Below are positions 1 to 43,215 of a DNA stretch of 64,000 nucleotides, piece after piece. Under the pieces are notes generated by a model. That model ran no database searches. It worked only from the letters and a program-made list of their open reading frames with translations, and was not told the origin of the DNA. Source of the DNA: Macrostomum lignano. Taxonomy: Eukaryota. Within the stretch, counting starts at the first letter, position 1. The number at the start of each line of letters is the position of its first letter. The stretch covers positions 62,001 to 126,000 of the forward strand of contig NIVC01002433.1 in assembly GCA_002269645.1 (NCBI GenBank). The letters are read 5' to 3'. The position numbers and the translations under genes are program-made.

Positions 1-490
1 GTCTGGTATCATGGTGTCTGGTATCATGGTGTCTGGTATCATGGTGTCTGGTATCATGGTGTCTGGTATCATGGTGTCTGGTATCATGGTGTCTGGTATC
101 ATGGTGTCTGGTATCATGGTGTCTGGTATCATGGTGTCTGGTATCATGGTGTCTGGTATCATGGTGTCTGGTATCATGGTGTCTGGTATCATGGTGTCTG
201 GTATCAGTGATGTCTGGTATCATGGTGTCTGGTATCATGGTGTCTGGTATCATGGTGTCTGGTATCATGGTGTCTGGTATCATGGTGTCTGGTATCATGG
301 TGTCTGGTATCATGGTGTCTGGTATCATGGTGTCTGGTATCATGGTGTCTGGTATCATGGTGTCTGGTATCATGGTGTCTGGTATCATGGTGTCTGGTAT
401 CATGGTGTCTGGTATCATGGTGTCTGGTATCATGGTGTCTGGTATCATGGTGTCTGGTATCATGGTGTCTGGTATCATGGTGTCTGGTAT
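1..490. repeat. 15-bp tandem repeat (GTCTGGTATCATGGT)n, runs off the left edge
   Basis: Near-perfect units with one 16-bp variant near 200; source of the MVSGI/WYHGV/DTRHH ORFs. Confidence 0.97.
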
Positions 491-676
491 CAATCAAGGT
501 GTTTTATGTCTGGAATCTACGTCAAAACTAAGCCATATTGATTTGAGATTTGAAAACAAGGCCGTTTGAGATAGTATACTCGTAGTTGAGCCCATTTGAA
601 AGATACATTCTCATTGCATCATCCTCATAGCTAGTCAAAAAGACGCAACAAAGTCAGATCCCTGAGGGTGGCCATC

Positions 677-690
677 GTTTCCATGGCAAC
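677..690. promoter_or_regulatory. RFX X-box motif GTTTCCATGGCAAC
   Basis: Exact match to the palindromic GTTNCCATGGNAAC consensus; function not shown. Confidence 0.45.
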
Positions 691-819
691 GCGGGGAAGG
701 ATGAAGGGAAGGGAGGGAGGGCAGATAACAGCTTAAGTGCTAAAACCTCTAAAAACCAACTGCCCCATCACCCCAGCAGCTGTCAACTGGTAACCTCGCG
801 CAAGCGGCCATCATAAACC

Positions 820-1000
820 AATTAACTATGAGCAGCGTTTAAAAGAACTCAATTCGACTCTCTCTGACTTCAGGGGGTCGTTGATAAAACCCACAATCAT
901 GCAGCTAGCAGTAAAAAGTTGCAATTAGTTAAAACCTTTATTGATTTGGCAGTGAGGACACCAACCCCACCAACCTCTGAACTGCAGCTCACAAGAATTC
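820..1000 (+). mobile_element. Degenerate CR1/L2-clade LINE ORF2 3' relic
   Basis: Translation INYEQRLKELN...RGSLIK resembles the YEERL.EL.L.SL..RR.RGDLI motif of CR1-type ORF2 C-termini; short and decayed. Confidence 0.35.
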
Positions 1001-1254
1001 AGAAGTTATCCCGAAGGTAGTTCCACACAGCTACGAGTACATGACATGCCATACTCCAGCCTTGTGTTATGCCATTTTTGATCAACTCCTAATACAAGAA
1101 TTCAAGTTTTTAGCGTGTAAACTTGTATGAGTGATATTACTTTATAAAAGAATACGTAGAAAAAGCAAAAAGTCTGTCAGACTCCATATTGAGACACGTA
1201 CCATATAAGCTTCATATACCAGATATATACCAAGCACCAGACATCAAATATATT

Positions 1255-1865
1255 ACTCAGACATCAGACATCAGACGCCAGACATCAGAAATCGAGAAAT
1301 GAGACACCAGATATCAGACACCAGACATCAGACACAAGACATCAGACATCAGACACCAGAGATCAGATATCACTCAGATATCAGACACAAGACATCAGAC
1401 ACCAGAGATCAGATATCACTCAGATATCAGACACAAGACATCAGACATCAGACACCAGAGATCAGGTATCATTCAGATATCAGACACCAGACATCAGACT
1501 TTAGACACCAGACATCAGACACAAGACATCAGACATCAGACACCAGAGATCAGATATCACTCAGATATCAGACACAAGACATCAGACACCAGAGATCAGG
1601 TATCATTCAGATATCAGACACCAGACATCAGACTTTAGACACCAGACATCAGACACAAGACATCAGACATCAGGCACCAGAGATCAGATATCACCCAGAC
1701 ATCAGACACAAGACATCAGGCACTAGAGATCAAATATCACCCAGACATCAGACACAAGACATCAGGCACCAGAGATCAGATATCACCCAGACATCAGACA
1801 CAAGACATCAGGCATCAGAAATCTGACACCAGACATCAGACTTTAGACATCAGACATCAGACATC
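1255..1865. repeat. CAGACAY/CAGATAT 7-mer-based composite tandem repeat
   Basis: Repeated cagacat/cagacac/cagatat blocks with longer recurring combinations. Confidence 0.9.
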
Positions 1866-2503
1866 AAACATGTACATTTGCGCTGAAGCCTGCTAGATGC
1901 TATTCTTGACATAAATGTAAATCATAAAAAAAACAGTAAAGTCAGTGTTGCTGAATATGTGGAGTTTAATTTTATTGATGAGTCTTTCAGAGACAATTCA
2001 CAAATTTCTAACACAGAAATACTGCAGTAATACTGCATAACAACACAGATATTTATTCAACAATAGTCAAACTACAAAATAAATATAAATTTACAAAAGT
2101 CGACACAAGCATCAAAACGAAATCTACTAGTAAATCCGGAAAATTGGAGGACAATTATTATAACAAAATCAAAAGGTTTTGAATGCAGAAATGTTGCAAG
2201 AGTTCAAATGAAATTAAACTACTTTTTGAGGCTATTCTTGGATAGCTTTCAATTGACCTTTGACAATATTTAAAGACAAATTGATAGCAACAGCAATTTA
2301 ACTCCAAATGTGAACTTGGTTAGTAGTTTCTTTGCGTCAAGGGTCCGCAAACTATTCCCATCTATTCCCTCTCCTTTTCTCTCTCTAATACATGTATGAG
2401 CTGGCTTCTTTAGCTGTCCCATGCATGGGGTAACTAGGCGATATGGAGCTGAAAGAAATTCCAAACGGCAATAATTCTTTCAGATGCGTCAAAACACAGG
2501 CTG

Positions 2504-32986
<30,483 letters not shown>

Positions 32987-34694
32987 GATTTTTGCTTGTT
33001 AGTTAGTTTTTAAAAGAATATGATTGTCTATTGAAGATCTTCAGCAAGCCAATATTATATAATCAGTAGGTTTCGCTCGGATGCAAAAATCTGACGCATC
33101 TGATCTGAGGTACTTCAGTAGACTCGAATGTTTTAAAATCCGCTGGGTCAAGCGACCTCGCCGAATACCAGAGGGGGGATTTAATAGGATATTGACAGGC
33201 TTCGCCACCTTATGAGTCGGGAATCCGGCACCTTGCCATCCCACCCCATCTCCGCTATCCCCTCCCCACCCCATTCTGTCTTCTCCACTCTCTTCCAGTT
33301 GCCATTTCCCCAGTGTCAAAAAAGATTATTGGCCTGAAAAACTGCCGCCAATGAAAGGCGGAGGCTGATTTGGCCAGAGGCGTGCGGAGCGTCGCAAGGC
33401 AGATCTTTGGTGCAAGAATAACATTGGATTAACGACCAATGGGAATATAGCTAGTATATAGACCAGCCTAGATTCTCTCATGCAACATACTACTGAATGA
33501 AGACACGATTTACAACAAAGGTAGTCTTAAAAACAACTTAATCCTTAATCTCTAATGCGAAAGTTTACTGGGGTAATGCTTTAAAGTACGATGAAAACGC
33601 AGATAAAGACTTTCATTCTCCTTTGTTTTTCCCTATTTCCCTGAGGGGGGGGGCGAGAATTGCTAGTCTTAATAATCCAAATATACTAAACATATAAAAA
33701 TTACAAGATGCGATAGTTGAAAGTAACATTTTATTTTAGACTAAGGTAGCTACTTCACTGAGCGATAAGACGGTTCTTTAGTAAGGTGCAATTATCGGGC
33801 ACACAGACACGCAAGCACGAACAGCAAGAAGCTATTGACAAATTTCAAGGCAAACCACCTAGATAATTTGTACAGCTCATGGGATCATAGCAACCCAAAG
33901 TTAAAGTGTTGTGCTCTATCATCCTTCGCTGACTTCTAATTAAGCGACACTTAAAAAAACTCTTGACGGAGAAGTTCCAGCCGAGGTTTTGACCGCAGCC
34001 CGGGACACTCCAAGCGCAAGGACAGGAAAGTAAAGGAAGGCAAACACATACTTAGTCACATACAGTACGGAGAAGAGCGGAGAACAGGGATCGTCAGTGA
34101 CCTGAACTGCAGCCAAATCCAATACCTCAATGCTGTATATTGCATTATATAGAGCTAAAGGTCAACCATATTGAAGAAAAAAACCAATTTTACTTAGTTT
34201 CAAACGGAAGCTAAGAAAACCTACCCTGCATATATATAACTCTGAAACTCCGCTTTAGAACTCTCTCCCCCTCAATTTCGAATTGGTTGAGCAACCAGGC
34301 ATAACCGCTTGACCGATGACCTATCTGATTCTATCGACCGGACGAGAAGCTTATGAGAAGAGAGAACCAAACAGAAGAGAAAAATAATAGTGTCACAAAG
34401 GAGATGGCGACAGGTTGTTTCCCACCCAAATCCCAAAAAACCCAACCAGACAAAAACATGATGGTGGTGGCGTCATGCACGAGAGGAAAGCGCGGAACCT
34501 AATCTAATTTAACGAGGCAAAGCACGCAATGCAAAACAAATATTACTGTTTATTATTAGAAGAAAAAATTAATAAATCAAGCTAATACCATAATATAAAT
34601 TCTGATTTCGTCGGATCGGACTTCCCAGATGCCAATGCGTATGATGAAGCACTGGGATACAACAGCTCAATGGATATTACTTAGATGCAAAAGT

Positions 34695-35680
34695 GAAATG
34701 GGGAATTACTGAGATGTCACATATCAAATGGGGAATTACTGGGATGTCACAGATCAAAGGGGAATTACTGAGATGCCACAGATCAAATGGGGAATTACTG
34801 GGATGCCACAGATCAAAGGACAATTACTGAGATGCCACAGATCAAAGGGGAGTTACTGAGATGCCACAGATCAAAGGGGAATTACTGAGATGCGACACAT
34901 CAAAGGGGATTACTGAGATGCCGCAGATCAAAGGGGAGTTACTGAGATGCCACAGATCAAAGGGGAGTTACTGAGATGTCACAGATCAAATGGGGAATTA
35001 CTGGGATGTCACAGATCAAAGGGGAATTACTGAGATGCCACAGATCAAATGGGGAATTACTGGGATGCCACAGATCAAAGGACAATTACTGAGATGCCAC
35101 AGATCAAAGGGGAGTTACTGAGATGCGACACATCAAAGGGGATTACTGAGATGCCGCAGATCAAAGGGGAGTTACTGAGATGCGACACATCAAAGGGGGA
35201 TTACTGAGATGCCGCAGATCAAAGGGGAGTTACTGAGATGCGACACATCAAAGGGGGATTACTGAGATGCCGCAGATCAAAGGGGAGTTACTGAGATGCC
35301 GCAGATCAAAGGGGAGTTACTGAGATGTCACAGATCAAAGGGGAGTTACTGAGATGCCACAGATCAAAGGGGAGTTACTGAGATGCCACAGATCAAAGGG
35401 GAATTACTGAGATGCGACACATCAAATGGGGAATTACTGAGATGCCACAGATCAAATGGGGAATTACTGAGATGCCACAGATCAAATGGGGAATTACTGA
35501 GATGCGACACATCAAAGGGGAATTACTGAGATGCCACATATCAAATGGGGAATTACTGAGATGCCACAGATCAAATGGGGAATTACTGAGATGCCACAGA
35601 TCAAATGGGGAATTACTGAGATGCGACACATCAAAGGGGAATTACTGAGATGCCACATATCAAATGGGGAATTACTGATA
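34695..35680. repeat. 29-30-bp minisatellite GGGGAATTACTGAGATGCCACAGATCAAA(T)
   Basis: About 33 units, upstream of the neuroligin start. Confidence 0.95.
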
Positions 35681-36429
35681 TGCAAAACTTCAAAGAAAAA
35701 ACAAGGATCATAGAGAATCGATCATTTAATAGTCGCTAATGAATGAAATTGTTTTAAAAGATTTTAAATTATGTTTTTTTAAGCGCATGACACTAAAGTT
35801 AAAACGTGTGGTTATTATTAGCTCCACTATTCATACAACTTTTCCGTCTGCTATTTTGCCTCCGTTTGAAAGACGCCCGACAATTATCAAAAGTGCACAC
35901 GCATCCAACTATCCTAGCTAAATAGTCGGCGATCAATTCTAGCCCCACAGTACAGCAGGGAGCTCACGGCCAACAATCAAACAATACGATAGAGAGCTAG
36001 CAGGGCTTGGAAGAAAAAAAGTCAGAGTTACCGCCCAGACCGACTCAGGCGCTTCATCACGCAGGCTCAGATGCCACACACACACACGCGCGCGCGCATT
36101 GGCATATTTATAGTCATAAGAGAATACTTAGCCTCTATAATAGACTGATAAACAATTTCAAGCCACCCTCCTCCCATTACCATCAATTTTTTTTGTGTAT
36201 TGTTTGTTTTATGCACCGCATTGACCTATGAGGCTTTTTTTCGATACAACTTCGTAATAGAAAAGATCTGTTCTGTTTTCTCTCTCTCTCCCATAACCAA
36301 TATAGGGTCAAGAATAAACGGCCACACACGAAGAAAAATATATCCTGAATTTAGCTAATTCAAGGAGAATTTTGATGGATTACCTGACAGTAACAGCTGG
36401 ATGCCTGAGACAGCCTTTTCATCTACTTT

Positions 36430-36985
36430 TCCAGCTGATGACTGCCAGCTGATGATTGCCAGCTAATGATTTCCAGCTAACAATTGCCAGCTAATGATTG
36501 CCAGCTGATGATTGCCAGCTAATGATTGCCAGCAATGATTGCCAGCTAATGATTGCCAGCTAACAATTTCTAGCTAGGGATTGTCAGCTGATGATTGCCA
36601 GCTGATGATTGCCAGCTAATGATTGCCAGCAAATGATTGCCAGCTAATGATTGCCAGATAATGATTGCCAGCTAATGATTGCCAGCTAATGATTGCCAGC
36701 TAATGATTGCCAGCTAATGATTGCCAGCTAATGATTGCCAGCTGATGATTGCCACCTAATGATTGCCAGCTAACAATTGCCAGCTAACAATTGCCAGCTA
36801 ACAATCGCCAGCTGATGATTGCCAGCTAATGATTGCCAGCTAACAATAGCCAATTAACAATTTCCAGATTCCAGCTGATGATTGCCAGCTAATGATTGCC
36901 AGCTAACAATTGCCAATTAACAATTTTCAGATTCCAGCTAATGATTGCCAGCTAACAATTACCAGCTGATGATTTCCAGCTAAAA
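36430..36985. repeat. 14-bp minisatellite TGATTGCCAGCTAA
   Basis: About 38 units. Confidence 0.95.
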
Positions 36986-37469
36986 TAAAAAAATTACCAG
37001 CTCTCCAGAACTATTGACACTCCAAATCATCCTTCAGAGTTCTACTTGGCTAAAAATATTTTGAATTATTGCTGATAATAAAGCAAAGCAAACACCCAAA
37101 ATTGACCCAGTAATTGGATACGAATTCACCTTAATAAGGCCGGCTTATAATTGATGGGTCGGGCTAAATTATTGCTTAGAGTGCGTTACTGACACTAAGG
37201 CAACTACTGTGTATCGCTCATCAATTAGATTATACAAATGGAAAAAAAAGATGAATACAAACAAAATGAAATAATTATAGGCGTAGATTTTATTAAACAT
37301 TTAAATAATACATAAATTACTTTTGACAATTTTTATAAATAAATATACACACATGTATGTACATATAACAATATTAACAATTATATTGTCCAATATTTTG
37401 TAATAAAATTACAAGTTACTATTCCCATAGTTTAGAAACTGAAATATTGAAAATTATCCCTAGACTTCT

Positions 37470-39650
37470 CCTGATTGTCCTATCTAGATTCCCTATTATC
37501 CTCTCATTTAGATTGCCTATGATTGTCCTATCTAGATTCCCTATTATCCTCTCATTTAGATTGCCTATGATTGTCCTATCTAGATTCCCTATTATCCTCT
37601 CATTTAGATTGCCTATGATTGTCCTATCTAGATTCCCTATTATCCTCTCATTTAGATTGCCTATGATTGTCCTATCTAGATTCCCTATTATCCTCTCATT
37701 TAGATTGCCTATGATTGTCCTATCTAGATTCCCTATTATCCTCTCATTTAGATTGCCTATGATTGTCCTATCTAGATTCCCTATTATCCTCTCATTTAGA
37801 TTGCCTATGATTGTCCTATCTAGATTCCCTATTATCCTCTCATTTAGATTGCCTATGATTGTCCTATCTAGATTCCCTATTATCCTCTCATTTAGATTGC
37901 CTATGATTGTCCTATCTAGATTCCCTATTATCCTCTCATTTAGATTGCCTATGATTGTCCTATCTAGATTCCCTATTATCCTCTCATTTAGATTGCCTAT
38001 GATTGTCCTATCTAGATTCCCTATTATCCTCTCATTTAGATTGCCTATGATTGTCCTATCTAGATTCCCTATTATCCTCTCATTTAGATTGCCTATGATT
38101 GTCCTATCTAGATTCCCTATTATCCTCTCATTTAGATTGCCTATGATTGTCCTATCTAGATTCCCTATTATCCTCTCATTTAGATTGCCTATGATTGTCC
38201 TATCTAGATTCCCTATTATCCTCTCATTTAGATTGCCTATGATTGTCCTATCTAGATTCCCTATTATCCTCTCATTTAGATTGCCTATGATTGTCCTATC
38301 TAGATTCCCTATTATCCTCTCATTTAGATTGCCTATGATTGTCCTATCTAGATTCCTTATTATCCTCTCATTTAGATTGCCTATGATTGTCCTATCTAGA
38401 TTCCCTATTATCCTCTCATTTAGATTGCCTATGATTGTCCTATCTAGATTCCCTATTATCCTCTCATTTAGATTGCCTATGATTGTCCTATCTAGATTCC
38501 CTATTATCCTCTCATTTAGATTGCCTATGATTGTCCTATCTAGATTCCCTATTATCCTCTCATTTAGATTGCCTATGATTGTCCTATCTAGATTCCCTAT
38601 TATCCTCTCATTTAGATTGCCTATGATTGTCCTATCTAGATTCCTTATGATTCTCCCATCTAGATTCCCTATGAATCTCCAATCTAGATTCCCTATGATT
38701 CTCCCATCTAGATTCCCTATGATTTTCCTATGTAGATTTCCTATGATTCTCCTATCTAGATTCCCCCTGATTCTCAAATCTAAATCCCCCCTGACTCTCC
38801 TATCTAGATTCCCATTGATTCTCCTATCTAGATTCCCCAGATTCTCCTATCTAGATTCCCCTGATTCTCAAATCTAAATCCCCCCTGACTCTCCTATCTA
38901 GATTCCCATTGATTCTCCTATCTAGATTCCCCCAGATTCTCCTATCTATATTCCCCTGATTCTCAAATCTAAATCCCCCCTGACTCTCCTATCTAGATTC
39001 CCATTGATTCTCCTATCTAGATTCCCTCAGATTCTCCTATCTAGATTCCCCTGATTCTCACATCTAAATTCCCCCAGATTATCCATCTAGATTCCCCTGA
39101 TTTTCACATCTAAATCCCCCCAGATTGTCCATCTAGATTCCCCCAGATTCTCCTATCTAGATTCCCCTGATTCTCACATCTAAATTCCCCCAGATTATCC
39201 ATCTAGATTCCCCTGATTCTCACATCTAAATCCCCCCAGATTGTCCATCTAGATTCCCCCTGATTCTCCTATCTAGATTCCCCTGATTCTCAAATCTAGA
39301 TTCCCCCGATTCTCTCATCTAGATTCCCCTGATTCTCAAATCTAGATTCCCCCGATTTTCCCATCTAGATTCCCCTGATTCTCAAATCTAGATTCCCCCG
39401 ATTTTCCCATCTAGATTCCCCTGATTCTCAAATCTAGATTCCCCCTATTTTCCCATCTAGATTCCCCTGATTCTCAAATCTAGATTCCCCCGATTTTCCC
39501 ATCTAGATTCCCCTGATTCTCAAATCTAGATTCCCCCGATTCTCCCATCTAGATTCCCCTGATTCTCAAATCTAGATTCCCCCGATTTTCCCATCTAGAT
39601 TCCCCTGATTCTCAAATCTAGATTCCCCCCTGATTCTCCTATCTAGATCC
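37470..39650. repeat. 24-bp-based satellite: homogeneous 48-bp dimeric higher-order array (37470-38640) grading into heterogeneous ~24-bp units
   Basis: CTATGATTGTCCTATCTAGATTCC+CTATTATCCTCTCATTTAGATTGC repeated ~24 times, then diverged TCTAGATTCCCC units; source of the 452-aa and 476-aa ORFs. Confidence 0.97.
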
Positions 39651-39816
39651 TCCAGATTTCCCCAGACCCTATCTATGTATCTAAATCTGAGCTGTCTCTG
39701 TCTTATAGACCTAGATCCCCAAAAATCGCATAATATAGAATACTGAATCAAAACTACTAGAAAGTAACAGAAAGTACTTTTTCTTTTTGCCAACGAGAAA
39801 AGCTACTCAAGTTTTT

Positions 39817-40230
39817 TTAGTTGAGAAATTTCCTAGCAAACTGCTGGGCTTTCCTATCAAATGCCGCAGATTTAATCGGTGACTGAGGCTGATAAAACGG
39901 ATTCAATGCCAGCTTAACGTAGGTCTCAAACATCTCTGAGAAGAAGTGCCGGATTCCGTCCTCATTTTTAGTGTCGTGCAGAATCAGCAGCCGCAACCGG
40001 CTCGGCGTGACAAAAGCGCTGACAAACAAGTCGTTGAATTTGTCAACAGTTTTCAAGTACATCGAACTGGACGACCAAAGCGATTCGTCGACAATGTCCA
40101 AGGCGGAGTTGGCAACCAGCTGATTGAGGTGTCGGTGGTCATCTCTTCTGTCACCTGTCCTTGAAGCTGAGTGTTCCAACTCGTAGATGGCCTCGTCTCT
40201 TGGGTTCACGATGACAAAGTAATAAGACAT
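39817..40230 (-). CDS. TRAPPC2: Trafficking protein particle complex subunit 2 (sedlin), intronless, 137 aa
   Basis: Start taken at ATG 40230 (MSYYFVIV). Motifs YYFVIV..RDEAIYELE, DDHRHLNQLVANSALDIVDE, MYLKTVDKFNDLFVSAFVT, LILHD..NEDGIRHFF, LNPFY, IKSAAFDRK match sedlin. The extra 24 codons in the ORF track are upstream of the ATG. Confidence 0.95.
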   Translation of the reverse strand: MSYYFVIVNPRDEAIYELEHSASRTGDRRDDHRHLNQLVANSALDIVDESLWSSSSMYLKTVDKFNDLFVSAFVTPSRLRLLILHDTKNEDGIRHFFSEMFETYVKLALNPFYQPQSPIKSAAFDRKAQQFARKFLN

Positions 40231-40343
40231 GCTTTTGGATAGCAACTGTTGATTGATGGAAGCTTTGCATAAATGGAAATATAAAGATCTGGTTAGAAAC
40301 ATTTCTAATAGCGTGATTACCTAGTTATAAAGACATTTAAAAA

Positions 40344-41742
40344 GCTGGCCCAGCAACTGAGGATCTGGGAGGCTGGCCCAGCAACTGACACTCTAGGAGG
40401 CTTGCCCAGCAACTGAGGATCTGGGCGGCTGGCCCAGCAACTGACACCCTGAGAGGCTGGCCCAGCAACTGAGGACCTGGGAGGCTGGCCCAGCAACTGA
40501 GGATCTGGGAGGCTTGCCCAGCAACTGAGGATCTGGGAGGCTGGCCTAGCAACTGAGGATCTGGGAGGCTGGCCCAGAAACTGAAGATCTGGGAGGCTGG
40601 CCCAGCAACTGACACCCTGAGAGGCTGGCCCAGCAACTGAGGACCTGGGAGGCTGGCCCAGCAACTGACACTCTGGGAGGCTTGCCCAGCAACTGAGGAT
40701 CTGGGAGGCTGGCCCAGCAACTGAGGATCTGGGAGGCTGGCCCAGAAACTGAAGATCTGGGAGGCTGGCCCAGCAACTGACACCCTGAGAGGCTGGCCCA
40801 GCAACTGAGGACCTGGGAGGCTGGCCCAGCAACTGACACTCTGGGAGGCTTGCCCAGCAACTGAGGATCTGGGAGGCTGGCCCAGCAACTGAGGATCTGG
40901 AAGGCTGGCCCAGAAACTGAAGATCTGGGAGGCTGGCCCAGCAACTGACACCCTGAGAGGCTGGCCCAGCAACTGAGGACCTGGGAGGCTGGCCCAGCAA
41001 CTGACACTCTGGGAGGCTTGCCCAGCAACTGACACTCTGGGAGGCTGGCCCAGAAACTGAAGATCTGGGAGGCTGGCCCAGCAACTGAGTATCTAGGAGG
41101 CTGCCCCAGCAACCGAGGATCTGGGAGGCTGGTGGCCCAGCAACTGGGGATCTGGGAGGCTGGTGGCCTACAAATGAGTCTGGGAGGCTGGCCCAGCAAC
41201 TGGGGATCTGGGAGGCTGGCCCAGCAACGGAGGATCTGGAAGGCTGGCCCAACAACTGAGGATCTGGGAGGCTGGCACAGCAACTGGGGATCTGGGTGGC
41301 TGGTGGCCTAGAAAATAAGTCTGGGAGGCCGGCCCAGCAACTGACACTCTGGGAGGCTGGTGGCCCAGCAACAGACACTCTGGGAGGCTGGCCCAGCAAC
41401 TGAGGATCTGGGAGGCTGGGGGCCCACCAACTGAGGATCTGGGAGGCTGGTGGCCCAGCAACTGAGGATCTGGGAGGCTGGTGGCCCAGCAACTGAGGAT
41501 CTGGGAGGCTGGCCTAGCAACTGAGGATCTGGGAGGCTGGTGGCCCAGCAACTGAGGATCTGGGAGGCTGGCCCAGCATCTGAGAATCTGGGAGGCTGGG
41601 GGCCCACCAACTGAGGATCTGGGAGGCTGGTGGCCCAGCAACTGAGGATCTGAGAGGCTGCCCCAGCAACTGAGGATCTGGGAGGCTGGTGGCCCAGCAT
41701 CTGAGAATCTGGGAGGCTGGTGGCCCAGCAACTGAGAATCTG
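40344..41742. repeat. 28-bp minisatellite family X (CTGGGAGGCTGGCCCAGCAACTGAGGAT), block 1, upstream of TRAPPC2
   Basis: About 48 units of 26-31 bp; source of LLGQPPRSSVAGPASQ ORFs. Confidence 0.95.
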
Positions 41743-42404
41743 AATGAATAGGACTTATTTTTAATCAAAAAAAGATTCAATGCAATTAAAAAGTACACGC
41801 ACTAATAAGAAGCGATTTTGACAGAGATATCGCTTTTGAGAAAAGGCAAAGGGCATACTATCAAAACACAAGCTCACGCTTAGTAAACATACGATAAGAT
41901 ATCTGCATTTAATGTGCACTCGGAATTTTTATAAAAGAATTAGATTGCAATCTTTTTGACGTCAATTTATAATTGAACATTGCTTCTTCAGTCGAGGTCT
42001 CAACTCTCAGCTGTAGGGGGGGGGGCACTTCAAAAACAGTAGTTCCTAATCCATTTTTGATGACTTTGACGCGACTCAAAATCGGCATTAACGAGAGAAA
42101 GAGAGAGAGAGAGAGGCTTGAACAACATGGTTTGAATTTGATGATCTGCCAATCAGATGGATGGATTGAGCGACCAGGGGATAACTATTTTGAAGGATAA
42201 TGTACTTTTGAAATTGAAGTGAAATATCAAGTTAATAATTTATGCTACGCATAGAAAAGTGGCATGTTAATTAGCTGCTATTCACTTTTAGAAGACACGT
42301 GCTTTAATGAAATGAAATGAAAAATCTAAAGCGATCGATCAGGCACCGGAAGGATTAAGGTAAAGGATTAGAGATTGACCGACAATGACTAGGGATTAAC
42401 GAAA

Positions 42405-43215
42405 AGGACTAGGGATGGGGCGACAAGGATTAGGGTTAGGGCCAAAAATTAGGGGTGGGGCGACAAGGATTAGGGTTAGGGCGACAAGGATTAGGGTTAG
42501 GGCGAAAAATTAGGAGTGGGGCGACAAGGATTAGGGTTAGGGCAAAAAATTAGGGGTGGGGCGACAAGGATTAGGGTTAGGGCGACAAGGATTAGGGTTA
42601 GGGCAAAAAATTAGGGGTGGGGCGACAAGGATTAGGGTTAGGGCGACAAGGATTAGGGTTAGGGCGACAAGGATTAGGGTTAGGGCGAAAAATTAGGGGT
42701 GGGGCGACAAGGATTAGGGTTAGGGCAAAAAATTAGGGGTGGGGCGACAAGGATTAGGGTTAGGGCGACAAGGATTAGGGTTAGGGCGATAAGGATTAGG
42801 GTTAGGGCGATAAGGATTAGGGTTAGGGCGAAAAAAATTAGGGGTGGGGCGACAAGGATTAGGGTTATGGCGACAAGGATTAGGGTTAGGGCGACAAGGA
42901 TTAGGGTTAGGGCGACAAGGATTAGGGTTAGGGCGATAAGGATTAGGGTTAGGGCGATAAGGATTAGGGTTAGGGCAAAAAATTAGGGGTGGGGCGACAA
43001 GGATTAGGGTTAGGGCGACAAGGATTAGGGTTAGGGCGACAAGGATTAGGGTTAGGGCGATAAGGATTAGGGTTAGGGCGAAAAAAATTAGGGGTGGGGC
43101 GACAAGGATTAGGGGTGGAATAACACATATTAGGGTTAGGGCGACAAGGATTAGGAGTGGGATGACAAGGATTAGGGGTAAGGCGACAAGGATTAGGGAT
43201 GGAGATTAGAGATTA
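42405..43215. repeat. 21-bp minisatellite with telomere-like core (GATTAGGGTTAGGGCGACAAG)
   Basis: Each unit carries TTAGGGTTAGGG; a variant unit GGGCAAAAAATTAGGGGTG is interspersed. Confidence 0.95.

Noticed and set aside
33340-33445. CCAAT-box cluster upstream of the neuroligin start
   Set aside because: Short motifs expected by chance and the TSS is unknown.
34695-35680. 29-30-bp regularly spaced repeats resembling a CRISPR array
   Set aside because: Units are head-to-tail with no unique spacers, no cas genes, and the context is eukaryotic. The same applies to the other 24-50-bp arrays.
37419-38877. 452-aa and 476-aa overlapping antisense ORFs with LRR-like periodicity (IIGNLDRT/IIGNLNER)
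   Set aside because: Exact translation of a 48-bp DNA tandem repeat with no synonymous variation; no unique domain or splice context.
40344-41742. Alu-like motif CTGGGAGGCTG suggesting primate contamination
   Set aside because: Only an 11-mer inside a tandem unit; no Alu body or poly-A.
40317-41798. Several long Pro/Ser/Gly-rich ORFs (LLGQPPRSSVAGPASQ)
   Set aside because: Multi-frame read-through of minisatellite family X; the same peptides recur at 47.4-48.9 kb.
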